Shown: one piece after another, positions 11,235-25,470 of the stretch
Layout: each line of letters starts with the position of its first letter
Position numbering within the stretch: the first letter of the stretch is position 1
Assembly (NCBI RefSeq): GCF_009914755.1
Contig: NC_060925.1
From: the human T2T-CHM13v2.0 reference genome, Homo sapiens
DNA length: 64,000 bases
Strand: one strand, 5' to 3'
Notes under the pieces: generated by a model
The model's database searches: none
Told to the model about the DNA's origin: nothing
What the model saw: the letters and a program-made list of their open reading frames with translations, nothing else
Program-made: the position numbers and the translations under genes

Positions 11235-14200
11235 TTCTGGGAAAGTGGTGGAGTAGGAAGTATCAGAAATTTGTCTCCCCACCCAGACAAAAATTGCACT
11301 TGCATAATTTGTCTAATGTAATTATTTTGGAGATCTGGAGCCTATTAAAAGCTTGCAAATTTCAGAGGAAAGCTTGGACAGTAAATTGTAGTTAATTTTG
11401 ATTAATTTTAGCTCTTAGCACAGTAGTAGCTACGTATCCCCTCCAACCTGGTAGCAGATAGCTGTGCACATGTTCCAGGAACAGCTTGAAAGAGACAGGG
11501 TGAGCAAAAAGCACCTTGTCCTTCAAATATTGGGTATCTGTGGTTTGACTAATGACTGCTGCTTCTAATCATGGAAGTGCAGATAAAGATGCAGGGAGCT
11601 ATTATTTTTGCACCTTCCTCCATTGTTGCATGCCCCTTCCTCTCTGGGGATTTAAGGGTCCAGCACCCTTCTCTCCTCTCACCCTTATTTTCGTCTTTTT
11701 CCCTTCAGGAGTCAAAAATTAAAGACTAAAACATTCAAAGGTAATTACATGTATGAAGGAAATTAGAAAGTGGCCATGCATGCCCAGGGAAAGAAACAGG
11801 CTCAGATATATTTGAACATTCCTGATTCTTGGCACAGTCACAGCCTACAACAATGAAAAAATATATACTTAAAGATACTCAGAGATCTAAAGGAAGATGT
11901 GGAGAAAGTCAAGAAAACTTGGTATGAAGAAAATGAAAATATCAAAGAAGAGATAGAAAACCTAAAAGGAAACAAAATAATAGTGAAGCTGAATAGTACA
12001 ACTGAAATAAAAAATTTACTAGAAGGACTAAAAGGCAGATGTGAGTAGGCAGAAGAAAGAAATGGGTGAGCATGAATATAAGACAATAGAAATTACTGAA
12101 TCTGAGAAGCAGAACAAAAAAAAGATTGACAAAAAGTGAACAGAGCCTGAGGTACCTGTGGGACACCACCAACTGGACCAACACATACATTGTAGCTGTC
12201 CAAAAATAAGAGAGAGAAAGGGACAAAGAGGATATTTGAAGAAATTATGGCTGTAAACTTTTCAAACGTGAGGCAAGACAGGAATAAGAACATTCAAGAA
12301 ACTCAATGAGCTCCAAGTAAGATAACCTCAAGGCAATCTGCACTGAGATAGATAATAATCAAACTTTTGACAGACAAAGAGAGAATCTTGAAAGCAATGA
12401 AAGGGAAATGGCTTGTCATATACAAGGGATACTCAATAAGAATATTAGAGATTTCTCACCAGAGAATTTGGAAGCCAGAAGGCTGTGGACTGATATGTTC
12501 AATCTGTGAAAAGTAAAAAGAATGTCAACTAAAAATCTTACACCTGGAAAAACTGTACTTCAAAAGTGAGGGAGAAATTGTAACATTGCCAACAGTACAA
12601 AAGCCAGGGTGTTTGTAACCATGAGAACTTTGCTGCAGGAAATTATCAAGGGAGTCTTGCAAGATAAAATGAAAGGTCACTAGACAGTGACTTGAAGCTG
12701 TGTGAAGAAGTAAAGATCTCAATAAAGGTAAATACATGAACAATTATAAAAGCTAGTGTTACTGTAACAGGAGTTTATTTCTCCAGTTTTTATACAATTT
12801 AAGAGAGCAATACATTGCAAAGATTATTAGTTCAAAGCTAATACAGTTAGCTACAGTTTGTTTTCTACATAATTTAAAAGGCTAATGTATTTTTCAAAAA
12901 TTGACAGTTTTTGTTTTTGGATACACAATGTATAAAGACATAGTGATGTAACTTTGTGACATCAACAACCAAAAGGGTGAGAATGGGGATGTAAAGAAAG
13001 AAAATTATTGCACAATATTTAAGTTAAGCTAATATAAATTCAAATTAGAGTGCTATAACTTTAGGAAGTAAAATATAATCCCCATGGTAACCACAAAGAA
13101 AATAGTAGCTGTAGAATATGCATGAAGAGAAATGAGAAACAAATGTAAATGTTTCACTGAAAAAAATCATCTAAACACAAAGAAGACAGTAATGCAGGGG
13201 GAAAAAGTGTAAGAAATATGAAAATGAAATAAAAAAATGACAGAATTAAGTTCTTCCTTGTAAGCTCTTAGTTTAAATGTAAATAGATATTAAACTGTCC
13301 AATCAAAAGACAGAAATTGGCAGAATGAATTTTAAAAATGATTCAGTTATATGTTATTTGCAAGAGACTCACTTTAGATCCAAAGACATGTATAAATTAA
13401 AAGTGATAGGATGGAAAAGATATTCCATGCAAATAGTAACTAAAAGACAGAAAGATTGGCTATATTAATATTAGACAAAATAAACTTCGAGAAAAAGAAG
13501 GATATTATATGTTAGCAAAATATTCAATACAGCAAAAAGATATACTACCTATAAACGCTTATGGTCCTAGGAACATACCACCAAAGTTTATGAAGAAAAA
13601 TGTGGCAGAATTGAAGAGAGAAGTAATGCTTGGAGACCTCAATATCCTACCCTTAATAATAACAAGAACAACCAGATAGGATTAAAAAGGAGAGGACTTG
13701 AACAACACAATAAATCAAATAGCTCTCACAGACATATACAGAACTTTCTATCCAATAACAACAGCATATACATTCTTCTGAAGAGGACATGAGACAATTT
13801 CCTGTATAGATCATATGTTAGGCCATAAATTATGTCCTAATAAAAAAGGTATCATACAATTATCTTTTCTGACTGTAAGATTGTGAAGTTAGAAATCAAT
13901 AACAGAAGAAAAACTGGAAAATTTACAAATTTGTTGAAATTGAACATCACACTCTTAAACAACCAATGGATCAAAGAAAAAATCACATGGGAAATTAGAA
14001 AATACTTAGAGATTAATGAAAATGAAAATGTAACATACCAAAACTTATATAATGTATTGAAAGCAGTGCTAAATCAATGTAAGAAACTAGCAAAAGAAGA
14101 AACTAAACCCAAAACTAGCAGAAGGAAGAAAATTATAAAGATTAGAGCAAAGATAAACAAAATAGAGAATACAAAAACAATGAAGAAAATAAATGAAACC

Positions 14201-15993
14201 AAAAGTTGCTTATTTGAAAAGATGAACAAAATTGACAAATTTTTGCTTACAGGAACTACGAAAAAAAGACAGAAGACTCAAATTACCAAAATCAGAAATG
14301 AAAATGAGGATATTATCACCAATTTTACAGAAATAGAAACATCTAAAAGTGAATACTATGAATTATTGTACATCAACAAATTGATATCCTACATAAAATG
14401 GACAATTTCCTAGAAAGAAAAAACCTACTAAATAATAAAGAAACAGAAAATCTGAAAAGACCAAAAGTAAGAAAATAAACAATCTCCTGACAAAGAAAAG
14501 CCTTGGACCTGATGGCTTCACTGGTGATTTCTACCAAACATTTAAATAATTAATACCAATCTCTCTCAAACTTTTCCAAAAAATTGAAGAAGAGGAGGTA
14601 CTTCCTACATCGCTCTATCAGTCAGCATTAGCCTGATACAGAAACTAGACAAGGACATTACAAGGAAAGGAAACTATAGGTCAATATCCTGTATGAATGT
14701 TGTTGCAAGAATCCTTAACAAAATACTATTAAATCAAATTAAGAAGAATATTGAAAAGATTACACACCATGACCAAGTGAAATTTATTCCTGAATGTAAG
14801 AATGGTGCAACATATGAAAATCAATCGATGTAATACACCATATTAACAGAATGAAGTAACAAAAACAACTCCACATGATTGATCGTATCAATTGAGGCGG
14901 AAAAAGTATTTGACAAAATGCAACACCCTTTCATGATAAAAGCACTCAATAAACACAGAATAGAAGGAAACTACCTCAATACAATAAAAGTTGTATATGA
15001 AAAACCCATGGCAAACAACAAACTTTTCCTCTAAGATCAGGAACTAGGCAAGGATGCCTATTTCACTACTTCTATTAAACATAATACTGAATCTCTTAGC
15101 CAGAGAAAGTGGGCAAGAGAAAGAAATAAAAGCAATTCAAACTGGAAAGGCAGAAGTAAAATTATCTCTGTTAACAGGTAATATAATCTTATATGTATAA
15201 AACCTTAAGATTCCACAAGAAACTTGTAAAAACTAATAAACATATTTATAAAAGTAGCAGAATGTAAAGGCAACAAAGGAAAATCATATGCATTTCTATA
15301 TACTAACAAGGAACAGTATGAAAAAACTTAAAAAACAATTCTAAATATAATAGCATTGAAAAAATGTTAGGAATTATTATTAGTCCATTCTCACAATGCT
15401 ATAAATAACTGCCTGAGACTGAGTAATTTACAAACAAAAAAGGTTTAATTGAGTCACAGTTCCCCATGGCTTGAGAAGCCTCAGGAAACTTACAATAATG
15501 GCAGAAGGCAAAAAAAAAAAAAAAAAGTAAGGCATGTCTTCTCATCTCATGGCAGCTGGAGAGAGAGAGAGAGCGCAAGGGGTGGAATTGCTAAACACTT
15601 TTAAAGGATCAGATCTCATGAGAACTCACTCACTATCACGAGAACAGGATGGGGGAAACCACCTACATGATCCAACCACATTTCACCAGGTCTCTCCCTT
15701 GACGTGGGGATTACAATTTGAGATGAGATTTGGGTGGGGATACCAAGCCAAACCATATCAGGAATTATCAGGAGGAGAATGACTTGTACAATGAAAACTA
15801 CAAAACATTGCTGAAATAAATCAAAGACATAAATAAAAACACATCCTGTGTTAATGGATAAGGTTTAATATTGTTAAAATGTCAATACTACCCCCAAACA
15901 TCTACACATTCAACGCAATTTCTTTCAAAATTCAAATGATGTTTTTGCAGAAATAAAAAAAAAACCTATCCTAAAGTTCATATGGAATCTCAA
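11235..15993 (+). mobile_element. Old L1 (L1MC/L1MD-type 5' end) with 5'UTR, decayed ORF1 and ORF2 (EN+RT); 3' end absent
   Basis: Starts 'gggaaagtggtggagtaggaag'; ORF1 remnant at about 11840-12700; ORF2 remnant includes ORF 13883-14413 (LLNNQWIKEKI...YQNL...KINETKS) and 'aagccttggacctgatggcttcactgg' (KSPGPDGFT). Confidence 0.88.
15375..15760 (-). mobile_element. THE1D solo LTR inserted in L1 ORF2
   Basis: 'attagtccattctcac...aggaaacttacaat...gccaaaccatatca'; TSD ggaat on both sides. Confidence 0.88.
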
Positions 15994-16370
15994 ACAGTAA
16001 AGAATACAAAGTGCATTGTTTTGTTTTTATTTGGCAAACTAGAAAATTCACAAATCTATTTTCTTAATAGTGATTGATCTGGTCTGGATCAGCAATAACC
16101 CTTGAATACCACTGTTTTCAAAGGGCATTAATCAGCTGATATTCAATTTCATTACATTCCAATGAAAACATGCTCTTCTTTTCTATTTTCTTTACTCAGA
16201 GTCTTATCTAACTGTCTTAGGAGTACTAGTCTAGACATTAAAAGAACATCATTCTCCAAAACCATACATTCCTCTTATTCAGCTACTTCTAAAATTTTTC
16301 CTGTTGTCAAGATGAATTGTCAAAGGTCTAAGCATGGAAATTACTATTTACACTAGGATGATTTTAACAC

Positions 16371-16855
16371 TGTAGTTGTCAGGTATGGCTACAATGCTGC
16401 ATGACAAACACCCTCCCTCATCCTAATACCTTATAGCAACTAATATTTATTTTTCTCACTCATAAATCAGTGGGTTATATGGAGTTTTGCTGATCCTGGC
16501 TGAATTAGGAAGGACTTGACTCCAGGCTGCACGTCAGGTCTGGGTCTGCTCCACATAGCTCCATCTGGCATTGAATCAGGAGCAAAGAAGACTGGGACAG
16601 GCTCCTCTTATACCAGATTATAAAAGCTCAAGAGAAAGAGTGGAAACACAGAATGCCTCTTAAGCCCTCAGCTAGGAACTGGTTCAATGTCAATTCCTCC
16701 CCTGTCCTTTTATGAGAGAAATTCACTTGGCCAGGCCCAAAATCAGTTGATCAGGTAAATGTACTCTGACCATAGTGGGAAGCCTTACACAGTCACATGG
16801 TAAAGAGCTTGGTGTGTAACTTTATCAAAAAATTGAGAACAATAATCCAACATAT
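16371..16855 (-). mobile_element. MLT1H-like MaLR LTR
   Basis: 'gctgcatgacaaacacc...gtctgctccacat...ggaactggttcaatgtca...gtcacatggtaaag'. Confidence 0.7.
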
Positions 16856-17019
16856 TTTTGCCCCGTACGAAGTGATTTAGGTGTATAAAAGGACAATTTC
16901 AAATGAGTGTTAAAAACAGGATCTAAAAATTATTCTGGGATAATTGTCTGGGATTGTGCCTAGAATAAATGGATTCGAGGGTAGGGTAGATAATTTAGAG
17001 AAAGTTTAGGAGGCATAAA

Positions 17020-17220
17020 TCCACTGGTGCTCAATTCAAGACCCAGTTCAACCATGCGTGTGGGTGATGTTAGGCTGTTTCCATAATCTTTCTGGATTAA
17101 TTTTCTTAAATTGTGAAAAACATGCAATAACACTTACCCTGCTTATGAGGAAAATATGAGATAATGTACTTGGCCATACTTGGCAAAATCTAAAATGCAA
17201 AAAAGGAGTTTGATATGATT
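17020..17220 (+). mobile_element. MIR
   Basis: 'ttcaagacccagttc...taacacttaccctg...gaggaaaatatgagataatgtac'. Confidence 0.5.
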
Positions 17221-17368
17221 ATCAATTTCATTTAGTTATTTCAAAGTTGTGATTTGAAATTACATAACTGTATAGTTGAGTATGCCATATTTTTACTTCT
17301 GGCTTGTTGCAAGAATGACAGATTAAAAAAAAGATTAATAAGCCCATGAAAACTTCAGATGCTTAATG

Positions 17369-17700
17369 CAGAGGTCACAAACTCATGACCTATAGACCAT
17401 ATCTGCTTTGGTTTGGCCCACAGTGTATTTTGCAAACATCTGTATTGATTTTCAATTTTAAGAAATTGGGAGATTTCTCACTGAAATCACAATTTTTAGC
17501 TTCTTTTGAAGCATCAGAAGATTAAGCACCATAGACCTACATGCCCACATGGCAACAATCTTCTACAGCTATACAGCAACGTCTTCTTTAAGGGGTAGAA
17601 ACTCTCCAAGTCCCCACATTTTCCATTACCTCTTACTGTACTACCCTTACCCACTTAATTCATTTCCATTATCTTTTGGGATCCTTTAAACATGGCTACT
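17369..17700 (+). mobile_element. MER102 (hAT-Charlie)
   Basis: 'cagaggtcacaaact...tttggcccacagtg...gggagattt...catggcaacaatc'. Confidence 0.75.
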
Positions 17701-17934
17701 ATTTAATATGCGTAGCTATAAAAGCCAAGAACCAATCAGAAAGAACATCAGTCATAAGGTGCTGAAACAGTGTTGTGGGGCACATCCCACTGTGATGCCA
17801 GGCAGTAGCCCTTCAGGTGCTGGCATATGGGAAAATTCAGAGGCTTTTGGGGATGAGGCCACAGTGGCCACAATGGTGATGGGGACACTCTCGCAGCTCA
17901 GGAGATCATTATTAAGCCATACAAAAGTATTTCA

Positions 17935-18255
<321 letters not shown>

Positions 18256-18512
18256 TCAACATTTTAGTAATAGGCATACACCTGTTGTACATATCCTTGA
18301 GTATCAGACCTATTGTAAAATTTGCATTTTTATTCTAAAAGACAAAGATATGGATTAGGTATATAAATTATTAACAACCTAAGTTCAGAAAACTTGACCA
18401 AGTTCCTTGGGAGTATGGCTAGAATATAGAGGACCAAAAGAAATAATTGCTTATTCTGGGAAGGCTGTTAGTTTCTTGTGTTACGTCAGTGCTCTTCTTT
18501 TGTCTGTTTTAG

Positions 18513-18823
18513 GACAGTCTTTCAGTCATGCATTAAATGAGTTTCTTCTTGGACCTCAGAATTCATTGGCTCTCCTCTGACTGGTCTGTCTCAGACTGGC
18601 CCTCTTGTTGTTAGGAGTTTAGGCGGTGTCAACAAGATGTAGGTGCTGAGAAAACTGCCTGACTGCTGTTGATCTTTTACAGATAAGATATCCCCAATCT
18701 ATGATGTCTCTTAATGAAATACAATGGGTTTAGCACTGGAATTTATAGCTCCTTTCTGATGTTCTCCATGTAATATACGTTTCTGGCGTATAAGTTGTTT
18801 AAGCTTCTCATCCATAAAAAAAG
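18513..18823 (+). other. Candidate non-coding internal exon (alternative acceptor at 18683)
   Basis: Polypyrimidine tract plus AG at 18491-18512, second acceptor 'gatcttttacag' ending 18682, and consensus donor AAG|GTAAGT at 18821-18829, all in non-repeat DNA. The 141 nt form has stops in all frames. Confidence 0.3.
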
Positions 18824-20259
18824 GTAAGTATGCTATTTCATTTATGAGAAAGAATATTTTTCCCATGATCATCTTGAAGATTTTGTGCTTGTGGCAGGAG
18901 AAATGAGGTTTTTAAAAATGTCAATTTTATGATTCTTCAAATAGCATATTTCTCTGAGGTTTCCATTTTTAGAGTGGAATGTGCCATTTAAACAGAATAG
19001 TCTATTTTATGGTGAAAAAATTCTGATGTCACAGTGAAAAAAAAAAGAGCAATAATTCAATAGTGTAGTGTGACATACACCAGAGAAGATAGAATAGGGT
19101 GGCTTGGGGAGCCTGAAGCTATACCTATAGTCATTTATCACTTCATATTCCTCAAACTAGGCACCAAAATACTGATGATTTGCTCTCTTGAGAACTGCAC
19201 AGCTTCAGGGCACCAAGCTCAATCTGCCTTTGTAGGGGAAGATGCACTTGGAATATTTATCTGGGAGCCCCTTAAAGTATAAAGCTTGGGATATTTTCTT
19301 GAAAATTACGGTGAAGCATCTGGGCAATGTGATGTGTACTGCATTGATTTAAGGCTCCATGAAATCAAGGAAATTAGCTGGCAGATTAAATCCACCACTC
19401 CAGATTTTTTTGAAAAAAATAGTTACAGTGTGTTTCTTGAAACTGCAATAGGCTGTAAAAAGATTTGATGCTGGTTTACTTACTTCGCTAGCACAAATTC
19501 ACTATGAGTAGTTATATCTGGGATAATTCTCCATATTTCTGAAGAGTCTTTATGGCATGCTGTAAAAGATGTAAAATCAATAAGTAACTCTAAAAATCTG
19601 TCCATACTTCATATTTCCTCATATTTTTCTCTTTTCTCTTTCTCTAACCTCTGTCTTCTTTCCACTTTCCCTTACAATCTTTCTTTTCCTCTCACTTATT
19701 TATTACCTATTTCTTAAACTCCTTTGGTTGTTATTGAACAGGATTTTAAACAATTGGAAGTGAAATGAAGTTGCAGGACCATGCAGAGAAGTGAAGTGAA
19801 AAAACACATCATTATGAAATGTCAAACAGGTTGTGTTATTTCATCCTCAAAAATTTACATGGAAGATACTATTATTATTATTGTTATTATCATTATTATA
19901 TTTATCAGTTGAAGAAACTGAAGTTAAAAGGCTCAACCCTGGTATTTGTACTCAAGTCTACGTTACATTAAACTCCCTTTAATTTTATTTCTTTCCTGGA
20001 AAGAAATTAGATGAGAAAAATCTTTCTTTATTTCCTGTGATCTTTCTTCTACCTTTTCAATCTACACTTCTCTTCTGTTTCCACTTGGCCTTTCTTAACT
20101 CCTAGGCTAAGTAGGATAGAGAAATAAATCTTATGCTTAGTAGGGCGACAAGGATCTCCTATGTAAATATAAAATGAGTGAACTGTGGGATGTTGTAACA
20201 CTTTACTCCAGAGAGAAAAGAGTACACAAATCTATTTCCAAAATAATTTTAGGATTAAT

Positions 20260-20899
20260 TGGATAAACTTACTGGTGAGCATCTACCATGAGTAAGATAC
20301 ACTATTGGGAATACGAAGATAGAAGAGTAAGAGAGAATTTGTCTCATTAGGGAGTACCTTCACGTAGAGAAACACTTATAGAAATCCTAGCCTATAATGA
20401 AAGGCCAATTAAAATAGACATTGGAGATACAATGAATGCATTGGAGAAGCACAGAGAAGAGGGGAGATTCATTGTCATGGGAGTTCATTGGTGTTCATTT
20501 GTCAAATATGTGGCATTTGAAATTTCCCTTGAAAGAGAAGAAATTTGATAGGAGGTAAAGATGAATATCCATATCTCCAATTGAGAAGACAGCATAAAAT
20601 AGAAAATATGAGAAGTTGTTTGGCTCTGGCTTGAAAATAGTAGGGTTTGTAAATGACATAAGGGAAGATACTACTGTAAAAATAGATTGAGATCAGATTT
20701 TGAAAAGCCATATGTAGCCTGTGTTTTATTTAATAAACAAGTAGGAATTGGTATATAATGTTTAATTTTGGGAAAAACACAATTTGACCTGTGCTGAAAT
20801 ACTTCTAATACTGTATAAAACATGTACTAGGGAGAGTCTATGGGCACAGTGATGAGTTAGAAGGCTCTTGTGGTTATGTGGGTAAGAGATGAGAGATAA
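20260..20899 (-). mobile_element. L2 fragment
   Basis: 'ggataaacttactggtgagcatctaccatgagtaagatacactattgggaatac' antisense L2 3' end. Confidence 0.55.
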
Positions 20900-23800
20900 T
20901 ATGTTAGCAATCCATTGCTGGACAACAGACCAGTTCAAAATTTAGTGGTTTGAAACAGCAAAGCTTTATTTTTTTATTTCCATAGGTTTGTGGAAAACAG
21001 GTGTATTTGGTTACATGAATAAGTTTTTTAGTGGTGATTTGTGAGATTTTGGTGCACCCATCACCCAAGCAGTATACACTGAACCTAATTTGTAGCCTTT
21101 TATCCCTCAGTATGTTCCCACCCTTTCCGCCCATGTCCCCTAGGTCCATTGTATCATTCTTACGACTTTGCATCCTCATAGCTTAGCTCCCACTTATAAG
21201 TGAGAAGATACAATATTTGGTTTTCCATTCCTGAGTAACTTCACTTAGAATAATAGCCTTCAATCCCATCCAGGTTCCTGCAAATGCCATTAATTCATTA
21301 CTTTTTATGGCTGAGTAGTATTCCATTGCGTGTATATATAAACATATATATTACAGTTTCCTAATGGGCCTTTGGGCTGGTTCCATATTTTTGCAATTGC
21401 AAACTGTGCTGCTATGAACATGCATGTGCAAGTATCTTTTTCGTATAATGACTTCTTTTTCTCTAGATACCCAGTAGTAGGATTGCTGGATCAAATGATA
21501 GTTCTACTTTTAGTTCCTTAAGGAATCTCCACATTGTTTTCCATAGTGGTTGTACTAGTTTACATTCCCACCAGCAGTGTAAAAGTGTTCCCTTTTCACT
21601 GCATCCAGGCCAATATCTATTATTTTTTGATTTTTTGATTATGGCTGTTCTTGCAGGAGTAAGGTGGTATTGCATCGTGGTTTTGATTTGCATCTCCCTG
21701 ATCATTAGTGATGTTGAGCATTTTTTTCATGTGTTTGTTGGCCATTTGTATATCCTCTTTTGAGAATTGTCTATTCATGAACTTAGCCTATTTTTTGATG
21801 GAATTGTTTGTTTTTTTTCTTGCTAATTTGAGTTCCTTATAGATTCTGAATATTAGTACTTTGTTGGATATATAGATTGTGGAGATTTTCTTCCTCTCTG
21901 GGTTATCTGTTTACTCTGCTGACTGTTCCTTTTGCTGTGCAGAAGCTCATCAGATTAATTAAGTCCCATCAATTTATCTTTGTTTTGTTGTATTTGTTTT
22001 TTGGATCTTGGTCATGAAATCTTTGCCAAAGTCGATGTCTGGAAGGGTTTTTCTGACGTTATCTTCTAGAATGTTTATAGTTTCAGGTCTTAGATTTAAG
22101 TCTTTCATACATCCTGAGTTGATTTTTGTATAAGGTGAGAGATGAGAATCCAGTTTTAATCTCTTACTTGTGGCTTACCAGTTATCTCAGCACCATTTGT
22201 TGAATAGGGTGCCCTTTCCCTACTTTATGTTTTTGTCTGCTTTGTCAAAGATCAGTTGGCTGTAAGTATTTGGCTTTATTTCTGGGTTCTCTTCTGTTTC
22301 ATTGGTCTATGTGCCTATTTTTATACAAGTACCATGCTGTTTTAGTGACTATGGTCTTATAGTATAGTTTGAAATCCGGTAATGTGATGCCTCCAGATTT
22401 GTTCTTTTTGCTTAGTGTTGCTTTAGCTATGTGAGCTCTTTTTTAGTTCCATATGAATTTTAGGATTTTTTTTCTAGTTCTGTAAAGAATGATGGTGGTA
22501 TTTTGATGGGAATTGCATTGAATTTGTAGATTGCTTTTGGCAGTATAGTCATTTTTACAATATTGATTTGATCATCCCATCCATGAGCATGAGATGTGTT
22601 TCCCTTTGTTTGTGTTGTCTATGATTTCTTTCAGCAGTGTTTTGTAGTTTTCCCTATAAAGGTCTTTCACCTCCTTGGTTAGGTATATTCCTAAATATTT
22701 TAATTTGTGTTATTTTTGCAGCCATTGTAAAAGGGGTTGAGTTCTTGATTTGATTCTCAGCTTGGTCACTGTTGGTATATAGCAGAGCTACTGATTTGTG
22801 TATATTAATTTTATGTACATTAATTTTGCTGTATTCATTTATCAGTTCTAGGAGCTTTTTGGAGAAGTCTTTAGAGTTTTCTGGTTATACCATCATATCA
22901 TCAGCAAACAGCGATGATTCTTTTCTTCCTCTTTTCTTCAGTAAAGAGGAAGTCAAACGTTATTTCTTTCTCTTGTCTGATTGCCCTTTATTTCTTTCTC
23001 TTGTCTGATTGCTCTGGCTAGGGCTTCCAGTACTCTGTTGAAAAGAAGTAGTGAGAGTGGGCATCCTTGTCTTGTTCCATTTCTCAGAGAGAATGCTTTC
23101 AACTTTTCCTTGTTCAGTAGTTCAGTATTATGTTGGCTGTGGGTTTGTCATTGATGGCTTTTATTACACTGAGGTATGTTCCTTGTATACTGATTTTGCT
23201 GAGGTTTTTAATTATAAAGAGATGCTGGATTTTGTCAAATGCTTTTTCTGCATCTATTGAAATGACCATGTGATTTTTGTTTTTCATTCTGTTTATGTGG
23301 TGTATTACATTTATTGACTTGCATATGTTAAACCATCCCTGTATCCCTGGTATGAAACCCACTTGATCATGATGGATTATCTTTTTGATACACTGCTAGA
23401 TTTTGTTAGTTAGTATTTTGTTAAGGATTTTTTCATCTATATTCATCAGGGATATTGGCCTGTAGTTTTCTTTTTTTGTTATGTCCTTTCCTGGTTTTGA
23501 TATTAGGTAGATATTGACTTCATAGAACGACTTAGGGAGGATTTCCTCTTTCTTTATCTTGTGGAATAGTGTCAATAGGATTGGTACCGATTCTTCTTTG
23601 AATGTCTGATAGAATTCAACTGTGAATCCATCTAGTCCTAGGCTATTTTTTTGTTGGTTTTTTTTTTATTACCATTTCAATCTCACTGCTTGTTATTGGT
23701 CTGTTCAGGATTTCTAATTCTTCCTGATTTAAGCTAGGAGGACTGTATCTTTCCAGGAATCTATTAATCTCTTCTAGGTTTTCTAGTTTATGAATGTAAA

Positions 23801-25464
23801 GGTGTTCATAGTAGCCTTGAATATTTTATTGTATTTCTGTGGTGTCAGTTGCAATATCTCCCATTTTATTTCTAATTGAGCTTATTTGGATCTTCTCTCT
23901 TCTTTTCTTGGTTAGTCATGCTAATGCTCCATCAATTTTATTTATTTTTTCAGATAACCAGATTTTTATTTCACTTATCTTTTACAGTTTTTTTGTTTCA
24001 ATTTCATTTAGTTCTCCTCTGATCTTGGTTATTTTCTTTCTTCTGCTGGATTTTGATTTGGTCTGTTCTTGTTTCCATTATTCCTTGAGGTGTGACCTTA
24101 TATTGTGTATTTGTGCTCTTTCAGACTTTTCAATGAAGGCATTTGAGGCTATGAACTATCCTCTTAGCACCACCTTTGCTGTGTCCTGGAGGCTTTGATA
24201 GGTTGTGCCACTGTTATTATTCACTTCAAAAAATTTTTCAGTTTTCATTTTGATTTCATTGTTGACCCAGTGATCATTCAGGATCATGGTATTTAATTTC
24301 CATGTATTTGCATGGTTTTGAAGGTTCCCTTTGGAGTTGATTTCCAATTTTATTCCACTGTGGTCTGAGAGAGCACTTATATAATCTCAATTTTCTTGAA
24401 TTTATTGAGACTTGTTTTGTGGTCTGTCATATGATCTGTCTTGGAGAAAGTTCCATACACTGATGAATAGAATGTATATTCTGTGGTTGTTGGGTAGAAT
24501 GTTCTGTAAATATCTGTTAAGTCAATTTGTTCAAGGGTATGGTTTAAATCCATTGTTTCTTTGCTGACTTTCTTTTTTGACGACCTGTCCTGTGCTGTCA
24601 GTGGAGTATTGAAGTCCCCCACTATTATTGTGTTGCTGTCTATCTCATTTCTTAGGTCTAGCAGTAATTATTTTATAAATGTGGGACCTCCAGTGTTAGG
24701 TGCATATATATTTAGCAGTGTGATATTTTACTGTTAGACAAGGTCTTTTTATCATTATATATAATGTCCCTCTTTGTCTTTTTTAACTTCTGTTTCTTTA
24801 AGGTTTGTTTTGTCTGATATAAGAACAGCTACTCCTTTCACCTTTGGTGTCCATTTGCATGGAATGTCTTTTTCCACCCCTTTACCTTAAGTTTATGTGA
24901 GTCCTTACGCGTTAAGTAAGTCTCTTGAAGCAGCAGATACTTGGTTGGTGAATTCTTATCCATTCTGCAATTCTGTATATTTTAAGTGAGGCATTTAGGC
25001 AACAATAAATATTTATTATCTCACAGTTTCCATGGGTCAGGAATCCTGGTATGATTAAGCCAGGTGCTTCTGTCTCAAGATCTTTAATGAGACTGAAATC
25101 AGGTTGTTGGCCTGGGCTGCAATCATTGCAAGACTTAGGGAGGATCCACTTCCAATTTCATTTGCAGGGCTGTTCATAGGCCTCAGGTCCTTGGTGGCCT
25201 CTGTTCCTTGCCATGTGACTTTCTCCATAGAGTGACTCACAACATGGCTGCTAACTTTCCTCAGAGCAAGAGAGGGTATCCAGAGAGGAAGCTTATTTTT
25301 TGTAAGCTAATCTTGAAAGTGATCTTTTATCAATTTTGCCATATTATTTTTATTAGAAGCTATTTACCAGGTCCCGCCCACATTTTAAGAGGAGGAGATA
25401 ACACAAAGATATGAATGCCAGTAGGCAGGGGGCATTGAGGCCATCTTTGAGGCTGCCTAAAATA
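20900..25464 (-). mobile_element. MLT1F LTR split by L1PB1 (pieces 20900-20964 and 25001-25464)
   Basis: 'aaatttagtggtttgaaacagcaa' joins 'atttattatctcacagtttccatgggtcaggaatcc...ggccatctttgaggctgcct'. Confidence 0.75.
20965..25000 (-). mobile_element. L1PB1, 5'-truncated (~4 kb, ORF2 remnant and 3'UTR)
   Basis: L1PB 3'UTR 'ggttacatgaataagtt...gagattttggtgcacccatcaccc'; ORF2 pieces ([32 protein letters not shown]). Confidence 0.9.
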
Positions 25465-25470
25465 TAGAAC

